47,942 nt of DNA, taken from assembly GCA_040393745.1 (NCBI GenBank), contig JBEBTM010000001.1:1-47942 (forward strand), given 5' to 3'. Below the pieces are notes generated by a model. That model made no database searches and was not told the origin of the DNA. It saw only the letters and a list, made by a program, of their open reading frames with translations. Positions 40,492 through 47,942 of this stretch are shown here, one piece after another. Each line of letters starts with the position of its first letter. Positions within the stretch are counted from its first letter, which is position 1. Origin of the DNA: Thermogutta terrifontis (GTDB lineage: Bacteria; Planctomycetota; Planctomycetia; Pirellulales; Thermoguttaceae). The position numbers and the translations under genes are program-made.

Positions 40492-43400
40492 ATGATTCGG
40501 CGCTTATCCTTTATCACGCTGTTGCTTTGCCTGACCCTCACCGGAATGTCCGTCGTGTGCGGACAAACCTGGGAAGTCTGGGGGACGACCCCCGTTTTCG
40601 ACGACGGTCGCATCAAACCGATGAATTCCTTTGCGCAGCAGATCGTCAAGGATATCTGCGGAACCTCGCGGCCCTTCCTGGTGATCGACGACAGTGTCAT
40701 GCTCGAATTGAACCGCGCCGCGGCGGCCAAGCTCCCCGTCGAGGAGCCCGAAGTTGCCAGTGCGACACCCTCGCAAACGCAACCTTTCCTGATCGAAAAG
40801 AAACAGTCGCCTTGGGATTTCGGCGATGTTGACGACAAGTTCACCGAGGAAGACGTTGCCGAACTCGACCAGACACTCAAGCTCACACCCTCCGAAGCGG
40901 ACCGGATTATCCAACGGATTCGGGCCCTGATCCCGGAAACCGGTCGCTATTTCGACGCCAACGAACTCCTGCTTTCCTGGATTGGCGAACCGGAAGTCTG
41001 GAATTACATCCCCATTTTTTACGTCCCGCAGTCCGATTACCGCGATGAAATTCTACGCATTCCGGACCGCAACAAATCGAAAATCGTCCTCCGGCGTGTT
41101 TCCGTCTTTCAACTGCAACAGTCCCGCCTTTTTTCGCAGCGGCTTGAACAAATTTTCAAGCAGCGAAGACTGGAAGGTATGGAGCGGCGACGGACCGTGC
41201 CGTTCGATGATATCACCATGAAGCTCTACGGCGCTTGGATGCTCTTCGAGGAATTGACTTTCGATCCCCGGCAGGACAGGCCGGACGAAATGTTGAACAT
41301 CCTCATGAACGCCTACCAGAGCGAGCAAGGTGATTCGACGATCCAGTCCTGCATCATGAGTTGGCAAATGCTCTGCGACCGTGGAATCGACCGCGCTGCC
41401 ATGCCTGAAACGACCACCAATGCTTCGGACCAGGAAACCGTCGAGGACGTTATCCAGTCCCATCCCACCTCGCAGCGGTGGATGCAAATCGGCACGCGCA
41501 TGCATCGCATTCTGCGCGCCTATGACGGCGCCCATGAATTCGGTTCACATTTGCCCGTTAACTTGGATGTCCTGGAGTGGGAATTTGAAAAGCTCTTGGA
41601 CGAAATTGACGAAAATCTCCGGGAAAGTGAAGCGATTTTGAAGCGAATGTATCCGCAGGCAATGTTTGCGGCAACCGAGGCTTCCGCCGCCGGGAAAAAA
41701 ATCGATGTGCAAGTTTCCGAAGGCGAGACCCCGGATGTGAATCTGGTCGTTACGGAAGCGAACGTCGATGTCGACAAGCTGTTGCCCCTGCTGTTCGCGA
41801 AAAAGGTCCAGGATCGTTACGGAAAGGATCTTCGGGACACCTCGCTGTTTTATCATCATGCCGTTCGAACGCTTCGGCGGCAGGTCGAAGCCGCCTATCT
41901 GGGACTGTACGACAACGGGCGAACCATCCGCCTCATGCCGGTTATTTCCCGGCAGACCTTCGGCGGCGACAGGGCCGGCGTGCAGCCTTGGGGAACGGCG
42001 CAGATGCTCCTGTACTCGGGCGATCATTTCGTACGCCGGTTTTTCGACCCGCAATACCGGATCGACGAACGCGCCGCGAAGCCGGAGTTCGCCGCACTGA
42101 AGCTGAATATTCCAGAGCCTGTTTTCCTGACCTCGGAGGAACCGGCAGCCGGGGCGGAAGACGCAGCGGCCGAAACCACGGCCGCCGGAGAAGACGCCGG
42201 TCTCACTGCCGTGGAAAACGTCGACGATGACGAAGAAGAAATGTCGGAGGAGCAGCGTTTCTTCCACGAACTCTATTTCCAAAGACCGCAGCGCGATCAG
42301 ACGCTCGGATCCGCCTCTTCCGCCTCGGAGATTCGTCGTACTTCGGTCGACCTGATCCGGGACAATTTCCGCCGTTTGCTCATCGACTTCCGTGCCGGCG
42401 GTCGGGACAGAATTTCCGTGGAATTCAGGAAGTCGGCTCTCCGTTTTCAAGATTCCCTGCAAACGCTCGCCGGAATTGTGGAAGGCCAACGACTTCACCT
42501 GATCGATTCCGATAATGCCGGCAACCAGGCGCAGTGGGAAGCCTTCGATAAGACACGCTATCCTTCACCGGACGCCATGCTCATGGAATACCGCTATTTC
42601 CGATGGTCACCCCTCTTTTGGATGTGTGTATTCGCGGCCGTTTCGATTGCCCTGACCGCTACGTCGCTCCTCGTTTCCTTTGTCCGACGGGAGATGATCG
42701 AATCCATGCCGATTCTCGCGTCTGGCGGGGAAGACGACACCGATCATCAGACCGTCAAGAGGACGCAGGAAGTCGAAGCGGTTCGGAAGCCCCTGTCACT
42801 GCCCGAAGAAAGCGTACTCTGGGCCGGCATCCTCATGCTCCTGCTCGCCGTGGGCGTCACGTTCCTGGGCGGTCTCATGCGGGCCTGGATTTCCGGCTGG
42901 GCGCCTGTAACGAACATGTTCGAAACCATCGTCCTCATGGCCTTTTCCGTGGGTCTGTTCGGGCTTTGGTACGTTTTGTCCCCGTTGTTGCTGCCGGTCA
43001 TGCAAATCGCCTGGCGTTACTCGGCTTTTCCTTCACGGGAGGATCTCCGCGAACGCTTCGCGCCGGTGAAAACGGAAATCGTGCCGGAGGAAAACGAAAG
43101 TGAAGGCGAGGCGGCCATGCGGCAAGCCGCCGAGGATTTCGGCCTGCCAGGCGGTCGTCCCATCGGCATGGGATCCGCGATTTCCGGTATGACCTCCGGC
43201 GTCGAAGCCCTGGAAACGGACAAAACGGGATCGTCCCGAAAATCACAGGTTTTCTGGCAAGTCTTTTTCTCGCTCCCTCGAATGATCCTGATGATTCTGA
43301 CGTTTGTCGGCGTGGTCCACATCGCTTACGGCGAATACGCTCACGAACACGGCGTGTTTGCCGCGGCGGCCCAGATGCTGAGTTCGCAGGATTGGATCGA

Positions 43401-44385
43401 CTGGATCGTCGTCCTGGCCAGTATAGCGATGATCGTCTGGTTCCTGCCGCACATGATTTTGGCGACGCTGATCGCCCTGCCCTTGCTGTTCAGTCCGAAT
43501 CGAGTGGCCTCGGAGCTCGGGATTCATACCGAGCGGGTCGCCGATGAAACCGCATCTCGACCTTCGGCCCGAAGTGAAATGAGTTCCGTCTTCCAAGGCG
43601 AACACGGCGGTATGAACGCACCCGTGAACACCAGCGGCAAAACCTGGCTCGCCCAGGTTCGGGCCGAAATTTTGCAGCGCAAAGCCTTCCTGCTCATCGC
43701 ATCGGTAATCATCCTGCTCACGGGCTTCATTCTTTTCCGCAACAGCGAGCAGTTCAATCCGAACATCCGGCCCATCGTGGCCGTACTCCGGAGCAATTTC
43801 TGGCTCACGGTCCATGTTTTCGCGATCATCATCGGTTACGCCGCCGCGATCATCGCCTGGGGCATGGCGCTCGTTTCGCTCGGCGGCGTCATTTTCGGAC
43901 ATTATCCCAAGGAAACGCTCCCGAACGGAAAAGAACGGATTCACCTGCCGCGGTTCAGCATGCTTTTCCTTCCTGGTGTGAAACGTATGATCCTGATCGC
44001 GCTGGTGCTGCTCGTCCTGGGAACGATCCTGGGAGCCCGGTGGGCCGATTACTCCTGGGGCCGCTTCTGGGGTTGGGATCCCAAGGAAGTCTGGGCGCTC
44101 ATCACGATCCTGTTTTTCGCCATCGTCCTGCACGGCCGGATCGGCAGGCTCTACGGCCGGATCGGCCTGCTCATCGGCGCCCTTTTAGGTTCGCTGGCCG
44201 TGATTTGCACCTGGTACGTCGTCAGTTTCAAATTCCGGAGCATCCACGCCTACGGAGGCGGCGACGACAGCCGGATCATCACGATTTTCCTTTGGTGTTT
44301 TGTCTTCTTCAACATCCTCTGGGGAGCCGCCGCCCTGCTCCGCTACTTCACCTGCGTCTACGACCGCGAAGAAGAAATCGTGTAA
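40492..44385 (+). CDS. ccsA: Cytochrome c biogenesis protein CcsA/ResC with about 700-aa N-terminal extracytoplasmic extension
   Basis: 1297 aa. There is a signal peptide (MIRRLSFITLLLCLTLTGMSVVCG). The polytopic region starts near nt 42600. The W-rich heme-handling motif WGRFWGWDPKEVW lies at 44056..44094 and conserved His follows (FFAIVLHGR). Confidence 0.85.
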   Translation: MIRRLSFITLLLCLTLTGMSVVCGQTWEVWGTTPVFDDGRIKPMNSFAQQIVKDICGTSRPFLVIDDSVMLELNRAAAAKLPVEEPEVASATPSQTQPFLIEKKQSPWDFGDVDDKFTEEDVAELDQTLKLTPSEADRIIQRIRALIPETGRYFDANELLLSWIGEPEVWNYIPIFYVPQSDYRDEILRIPDRNKSKIVLRRVSVFQLQQSRLFSQRLEQIFKQRRLEGMERRRTVPFDDITMKLYGAWMLFEELTFDPRQDRPDEMLNILMNAYQSEQGDSTIQSCIMSWQMLCDRGIDRAAMPETTTNASDQETVEDVIQSHPTSQRWMQIGTRMHRILRAYDGAHEFGSHLPVNLDVLEWEFEKLLDEIDENLRESEAILKRMYPQAMFAATEASAAGKKIDVQVSEGETPDVNLVVTEANVDVDKLLPLLFAKKVQDRYGKDLRDTSLFYHHAVRTLRRQVEAAYLGLYDNGRTIRLMPVISRQTFGGDRAGVQPWGTAQMLLYSGDHFVRRFFDPQYRIDERAAKPEFAALKLNIPEPVFLTSEEPAAGAEDAAAETTAAGEDAGLTAVENVDDDEEEMSEEQRFFHELYFQRPQRDQTLGSASSASEIRRTSVDLIRDNFRRLLIDFRAGGRDRISVEFRKSALRFQDSLQTLAGIVEGQRLHLIDSDNAGNQAQWEAFDKTRYPSPDAMLMEYRYFRWSPLFWMCVFAAVSIALTATSLLVSFVRREMIESMPILASGGEDDTDHQTVKRTQEVEAVRKPLSLPEESVLWAGILMLLLAVGVTFLGGLMRAWISGWAPVTNMFETIVLMAFSVGLFGLWYVLSPLLLPVMQIAWRYSAFPSREDLRERFAPVKTEIVPEENESEGEAAMRQAAEDFGLPGGRPIGMGSAISGMTSGVEALETDKTGSSRKSQVFWQVFFSLPRMILMILTFVGVVHIAYGEYAHEHGVFAAAAQMLSSQDWIDWIVVLASIAMIVWFLPHMILATLIALPLLFSPNRVASELGIHTERVADETASRPSARSEMSSVFQGEHGGMNAPVNTSGKTWLAQVRAEILQRKAFLLIASVIILLTGFILFRNSEQFNPNIRPIVAVLRSNFWLTVHVFAIIIGYAAAIIAWGMALVSLGGVIFGHYPKETLPNGKERIHLPRFSMLFLPGVKRMILIALVLLVLGTILGARWADYSWGRFWGWDPKEVWALITILFFAIVLHGRIGRLYGRIGLLIGALLGSLAVICTWYVVSFKFRSIHAYGGGDDSRIITIFLWCFVFFNILWGAAALLRYFTCVYDREEEIV

Positions 44386-44391
44386 CTTTAA

Positions 44392-44428
44392 CAACGAGTC
44401 CCAAGTGGAGCGAAGCGAAACTTGGGGG
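44392..44428. repeat. REP-like palindromic element, copy C (hairpin 44399..44427)
   Basis: CAACGAG TCCCAAGT GGAGCGAAGCGAA ACTTGGGG has 7 Watson-Crick pairs plus a terminal T:G and a 13-nt loop containing GCGAAGC. It is nearly identical to the reverse complement of copy B and lies between the convergent ccsA and GTPase-like genes. Confidence 0.7.
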
Positions 44429-44439
44429 TAGAACTTGCG

Positions 44440-46440
44440 TTAGTCGCTTCCTCCCGCGATTTCCCACAGCAGTTGCGGCACCATCCGGGGGCGGCGCAGC
44501 AGGAGTTCGAACCGGAACCCGTTTTTCTCCGGGGTATACTGCGTGTTCTCGTCGTTTTCGTAACGCAGATAAAAATGCAACCCCAGCGGTTCCAGCGACG
44601 GTTCCCGAACCCCGTCGGAGCTGATGCTCCAACCGCTGACTTCCTCCCAATCGCTTTCGCTCGACTTGAATCGCCGTTGCAACGTCGCCAGGAGGGCGTG
44701 ATCCGGGACCAGGGAAACCGTAACGTCCTGTCGAGAAGGAAGCAACGCGACCGAGCCGGTTTTTTCGTACCCGGAAGTCGGCGTGAGTTCGACATAGACC
44801 TCGCCTTTCTCACGACCGCCGAAGAAAACGAGCCGATAATCGTAGTCCCGGTTGAACTCCTCCGTGGATTCGTACCCCGCGGCCCTGATGCGAACTTCCA
44901 CGGGATAGCGGTCCTGGTAATTTCGGCACGCAATGTACGCGGCGTGAATGTCCCGGACAAGCTGTTCCTTTTTGTTTTCATCCGATTCCTCCAGGGAACC
45001 GGTCGGCGAGGTTCCCCGGACGTTGCTCTCCTGCACGATGTAACGATAATGCCGGTCCAGGTTCCGGCAAATCCTGTCGAGCACCTGCGACGATGAGGCA
45101 TTGGCGTTGCGATAGACCGTCACGTCGTCGCGTAATTCCTTGACCAGCGAATCCCGGTAGAACGTCCAGAATTTCCGTGTCACCTCGCCTAAAGACGCCG
45201 TTTGCCGCCCCGGCGGATCGGCCAGCAGCGCGAGCAAGGCGGCGTAAATCTCGATCTTTTCTCCAGCCGAGGTTTCACCACCGGGTCGGTCGAAACGGCT
45301 GTCGATCGCGTCAAACGACCGCGTCCACTGGGCCGATCGCGCACGATATTCGTCGGTGTCGGTTTGCCCCTCGTTTTCCAGCTTGACAAGCCGAACCTGG
45401 AGCATCCGGAGCAATTGATTACATCGGGTCGCCTCTCGGGCATCCATCGCATGGTTGAGATCCCAAAGCGGTTCCAGCTCCGCCGCGTTTTCGGAAAGCT
45501 CGGTTTTGCCGCCGGACATCGAACCGGGAATCGTCGGCATCTTTTCGAACACGGGGGCCGCCTGATCGTGTACCCGGCGAAAGAACTGCTGCATCTTCGG
45601 CGACGACAAACAGCCCAGTGGCAAAAGCAGAATCGCGAGCATGCCGACAAGGAACACCACGACGAGCCGCAACGAACGTTTCCGGTCCCGGTGCCGAAAT
45701 TGGGCCGCCAATTCCAAAAGCGATCGCGACTTTTCCATCACACCCAGGAGATCGTCCCTCTGTTGAGCGGGCGTGGGCGAAATCCGGTGAAACACGTTTT
45801 CCCGTCGGACCAGTGCACGCGGATAATAACCGAGCAGAATTTGCGAATAGGAATCACCGAGATATTCGTCGACTTCTTCGATCCACTGTTCGGCCATTCG
45901 GGTCAATTCCGGTTGCGTCGTCACTCGGTCCTGGCCGCCGAGTACGAAAAGGATCGGCAAAAGCCGATTCTGCCGGGCCGTCAAAACATAATCGATCAAC
46001 TGCTTCGCCCGGAGTAATTCTTCGCTGAAATGCTTGTGAATCCGGGCCGGCGAGCCTTGGAACGCCGGATTGAAAAAGAACAGAAACACATCGCTCCGGC
46101 CGACTTCCCGGGCCATGATGTTCCGCGTCCAACCGTGCCGGCTTTCCATGTCGAGTCGATCCACGGCCTCGGACTGGATTTCACCTTTCCAGTCGCCCAG
46201 TTCGAACACGATGCCGTCGATTTTGATTTCGATATTGTCGAAATGGGTCGTCGTGGGAACGATCCGACCATCGGGCCCCACGGCCGCGCCCATGAACTGG
46301 GCCAATTTCGAGCCCGGTTTGACCGGCAACGAGTTCGTTTGAACGAGTTGCTGGAAAAACGTCGTTTTCCCCGACCCCGTGGCTCCGTAGACTCCGATTC
46401 TGATTTTCATGGCAGGGTGAATGGTTGAAACACGAAACAC
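44440..46440 (-). CDS. Membrane-anchored P-loop GTPase-like protein, unknown family
   Basis: 666 aa. GTG at 46440 has GAAGGA upstream, with an alternative ATG at 46410 (MKIRIGVYGATGSGKTT). The Walker A/G1 motif GATGSGKTT lies at about 46360..46386. A DxxG-like DWKGE and an hhhhD-like DVFLFFFNP are present, and a degenerate G4 position reads LGGQD. One TM (LRLVVVFLVGMLAILLLPLGCL) lies near residue 260. About 390 further residues show no motif I recognise. Confidence 0.65.
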   Translation of the reverse strand: MFRVSTIHPAMKIRIGVYGATGSGKTTFFQQLVQTNSLPVKPGSKLAQFMGAAVGPDGRIVPTTTHFDNIEIKIDGIVFELGDWKGEIQSEAVDRLDMESRHGWTRNIMAREVGRSDVFLFFFNPAFQGSPARIHKHFSEELLRAKQLIDYVLTARQNRLLPILFVLGGQDRVTTQPELTRMAEQWIEEVDEYLGDSYSQILLGYYPRALVRRENVFHRISPTPAQQRDDLLGVMEKSRSLLELAAQFRHRDRKRSLRLVVVFLVGMLAILLLPLGCLSSPKMQQFFRRVHDQAAPVFEKMPTIPGSMSGGKTELSENAAELEPLWDLNHAMDAREATRCNQLLRMLQVRLVKLENEGQTDTDEYRARSAQWTRSFDAIDSRFDRPGGETSAGEKIEIYAALLALLADPPGRQTASLGEVTRKFWTFYRDSLVKELRDDVTVYRNANASSSQVLDRICRNLDRHYRYIVQESNVRGTSPTGSLEESDENKKEQLVRDIHAAYIACRNYQDRYPVEVRIRAAGYESTEEFNRDYDYRLVFFGGREKGEVYVELTPTSGYEKTGSVALLPSRQDVTVSLVPDHALLATLQRRFKSSESDWEEVSGWSISSDGVREPSLEPLGLHFYLRYENDENTQYTPEKNGFRFELLLRRPRMVPQLLWEIAGGSD

Positions 46441-46486
46441 ACGTTTATTTTCCTTCGGGTGTTCTTCGTGGTTGAAAATGATCGTT

Positions 46487-47938
46487 TCATTTCACCAGCT
46501 TCAAATCGCCCAGGGTCATCGGCGTGGCATCGATACTTTCCGCGACAAAATCCGCCGTGACCGTCAGCTTCCGCGTTCCCGGCGGAATCGCAAGGTCCAA
46601 AGCCGACGCGGCTTCTCCTCCGGTGAATACCCGGTCACAGAGAACCTGCCGGTCCGCGAGGATGATCAGCCGGGCCTTTCCGTACGGTCGAACCCGGTCG
46701 TCGAATCCCGCGACGGTTCGCAACGACGTGAAACTCTCCGGTAGCGCATATTCGATCTCGGTCCCCACAGGCATAACAAGGCTCCGGTCATACGAAACTC
46801 CGTCGAGCAGGCGAGCTTTGAAATCCGGCAGCGCCCTGACTATCGGCGTTTTCAGCCGGGCCGCCGGCGCGGGCGTGACCAACACGTCAAACCGCGATGC
46901 CATGGCCGAAGGTTCCGCCGAGGCCGTTTCCGAACGAATTCGACCTTCCCGGAACGAACGCAGCAAGGCGGACGGTGAAGCGTCGTTCGCACCGGCAATC
47001 GGGTTACGATCGAACAGCAATTTCTGCGTCACGCGCAACGGCGTCCAGTCGGTCACGTATACGGCATGATCGTTCGAAAAAACGATTTCCTCGACGTCGT
47101 TCCACGAGACCGAACCCGAAAGACCGCCCCGCGTGGTCCATTTCAGCGTCTCGCCCTCCTGCTCCAACTCCCGGAGCGGTAATCGTGTCCCATTCCCAAG
47201 CGACAGCACGACCGAGGGGTTTTCCGCAACAAATTCAGCGTCCGGGTGATGTAATAGAAGTCCGAACACCCGGCGACGCGGCACGGGCAGCGTTTCGCCG
47301 TCCACGGAAAATGAGATGGTTTGTACGCCGATTTCCAGGACGACCCCGATGTAAACGTCCAGCGAATCCGGCTGCCCCACGACGATCCGGTCGCCCTTCG
47401 TTTCCAAGGTGGAAGCGAGACGGAGCCAATCTTTGGGCGGTGCGGCGATTTCGTCTCGATTCTGCACAACGAACCGTACGCCGAGAATCCGGTCCAGCGG
47501 AATTTCCGTTTCCGCGCCACCGGCAAGCCGGCAGGTCGCCGTTTTTCCCTTGGTTAGAAAACGATGAACGACGAGCCGGGAACCATCGGCCAGATCAAGA
47601 ACATAAAGTCCCGCATCGGGGTGTTTGTCTCCGCTCGGTTTAGGCGGAAGTTGCGACGCCCCCTGCCCGACCGACGGAGGATTTGCCGCACGCAGTCTGA
47701 CCAGGTGCGTCCGGGGCAATGTCGTTTTCGTGGCGTCTTGCTCAAAAACGATGCTCTCTTCGGTCAGCATGCAATCCTTGACCGTGTACGTTTTTCCGTC
47801 AATGTCCGTGAGTTCGAATTCAGCGGACGATACGAAAGAAGAAACGGTGAGCAGGCAGCAGGCGACCATTCGCAGGAGAATCCGTGAGCACCGTCCCCGG
47901 TTCGTTAGGGTCGAGGTCGTTGCGACCGGCACGCCCAT
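46487..47938 (-). CDS. Secreted protein with C-terminal NPCBM-like domain
   Basis: 483 aa with a signal peptide (RILLRMVACCLLTVSSFVSSA). The C-terminal part IEYALPESFTSLRTVAGFDDRVRPYGKARLIILADRQVLCDRVFTGGEAASALDLAIPPGTRKLTVTADFV follows the NPCBM/NEW2 pattern (YxLxxxFxxFxAxxGxDD...GxxxFxVxxDGxxL...). Confidence 0.65.
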   Translation of the reverse strand: MGVPVATTSTLTNRGRCSRILLRMVACCLLTVSSFVSSAEFELTDIDGKTYTVKDCMLTEESIVFEQDATKTTLPRTHLVRLRAANPPSVGQGASQLPPKPSGDKHPDAGLYVLDLADGSRLVVHRFLTKGKTATCRLAGGAETEIPLDRILGVRFVVQNRDEIAAPPKDWLRLASTLETKGDRIVVGQPDSLDVYIGVVLEIGVQTISFSVDGETLPVPRRRVFGLLLHHPDAEFVAENPSVVLSLGNGTRLPLRELEQEGETLKWTTRGGLSGSVSWNDVEEIVFSNDHAVYVTDWTPLRVTQKLLFDRNPIAGANDASPSALLRSFREGRIRSETASAEPSAMASRFDVLVTPAPAARLKTPIVRALPDFKARLLDGVSYDRSLVMPVGTEIEYALPESFTSLRTVAGFDDRVRPYGKARLIILADRQVLCDRVFTGGEAASALDLAIPPGTRKLTVTADFVAESIDATPMTLGDLKLVK

Positions 47939-47942
47939 GGTT

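Noticed and set aside
1-47942. CRISPR arrays, transposases, integrases, prophage or known defence genes
   Set aside because: I found no regularly spaced direct repeats. The repeated hairpins are single dispersed copies, not arrays. No ORF shows DDE, serine or tyrosine recombinase, Cas, restriction or toxin-antitoxin motifs that I can recognise.

Overview
GC-rich chromosomal segment. Its gene content looks planctomycete-like, which is an inference from a PEP-CTERM choice-of-anchor protein, an 1181-aa secretin with a Q/P-rich N-terminus, a GYF_2 membrane protein, HpnH, an NPCBM-like secreted protein and a very long CcsA. I count about 36 protein genes, one tRNA-Leu(CAA), several intrinsic terminators and a few sigma70-like promoter candidates. 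Most genes are housekeeping: pyruvate kinase, D-lactate dehydrogenase, pyruvate:ferredoxin oxidoreductase, TrkA, System II cytochrome c biogenesis (ResB/CcsA), an NSS transporter, an RsbW/STAS partner-switch pair, a sugar epimerase, and scattered secretion parts (secretin, GspF-like, Wza-like). I saw no transposase, integrase, CRISPR array or recognisable defence gene. Five things stand out. (1) A paralogous family of membrane proteins is built from two modules, each a TM hairpin plus a beta-rich segment. It occurs as a tandem pair whose tails are 45/46 nt identical, plus a third copy 16 kb away interrupted by a single in-frame TAA. (2) A dispersed REP-like hairpin family (CCAAGAG-CCssAAGT-N13-ACTTssGG) sits directly after stop codons, and one inverted pair shows compensatory stem changes. 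(3) A membrane-anchored P-loop GTPase-like protein of unknown family lies downstream of an NPCBM-like secreted protein. (4) A MotA/ExbB-type channel gene lacks an ExbD/TolR/MotB partner. (5) A complete-looking PEP-CTERM gene at the left edge is missing from the supplied ORF track. I cannot claim a clearly novel system. All product calls come from motif recognition by eye, and no database search, HMM scan or fold prediction was run.
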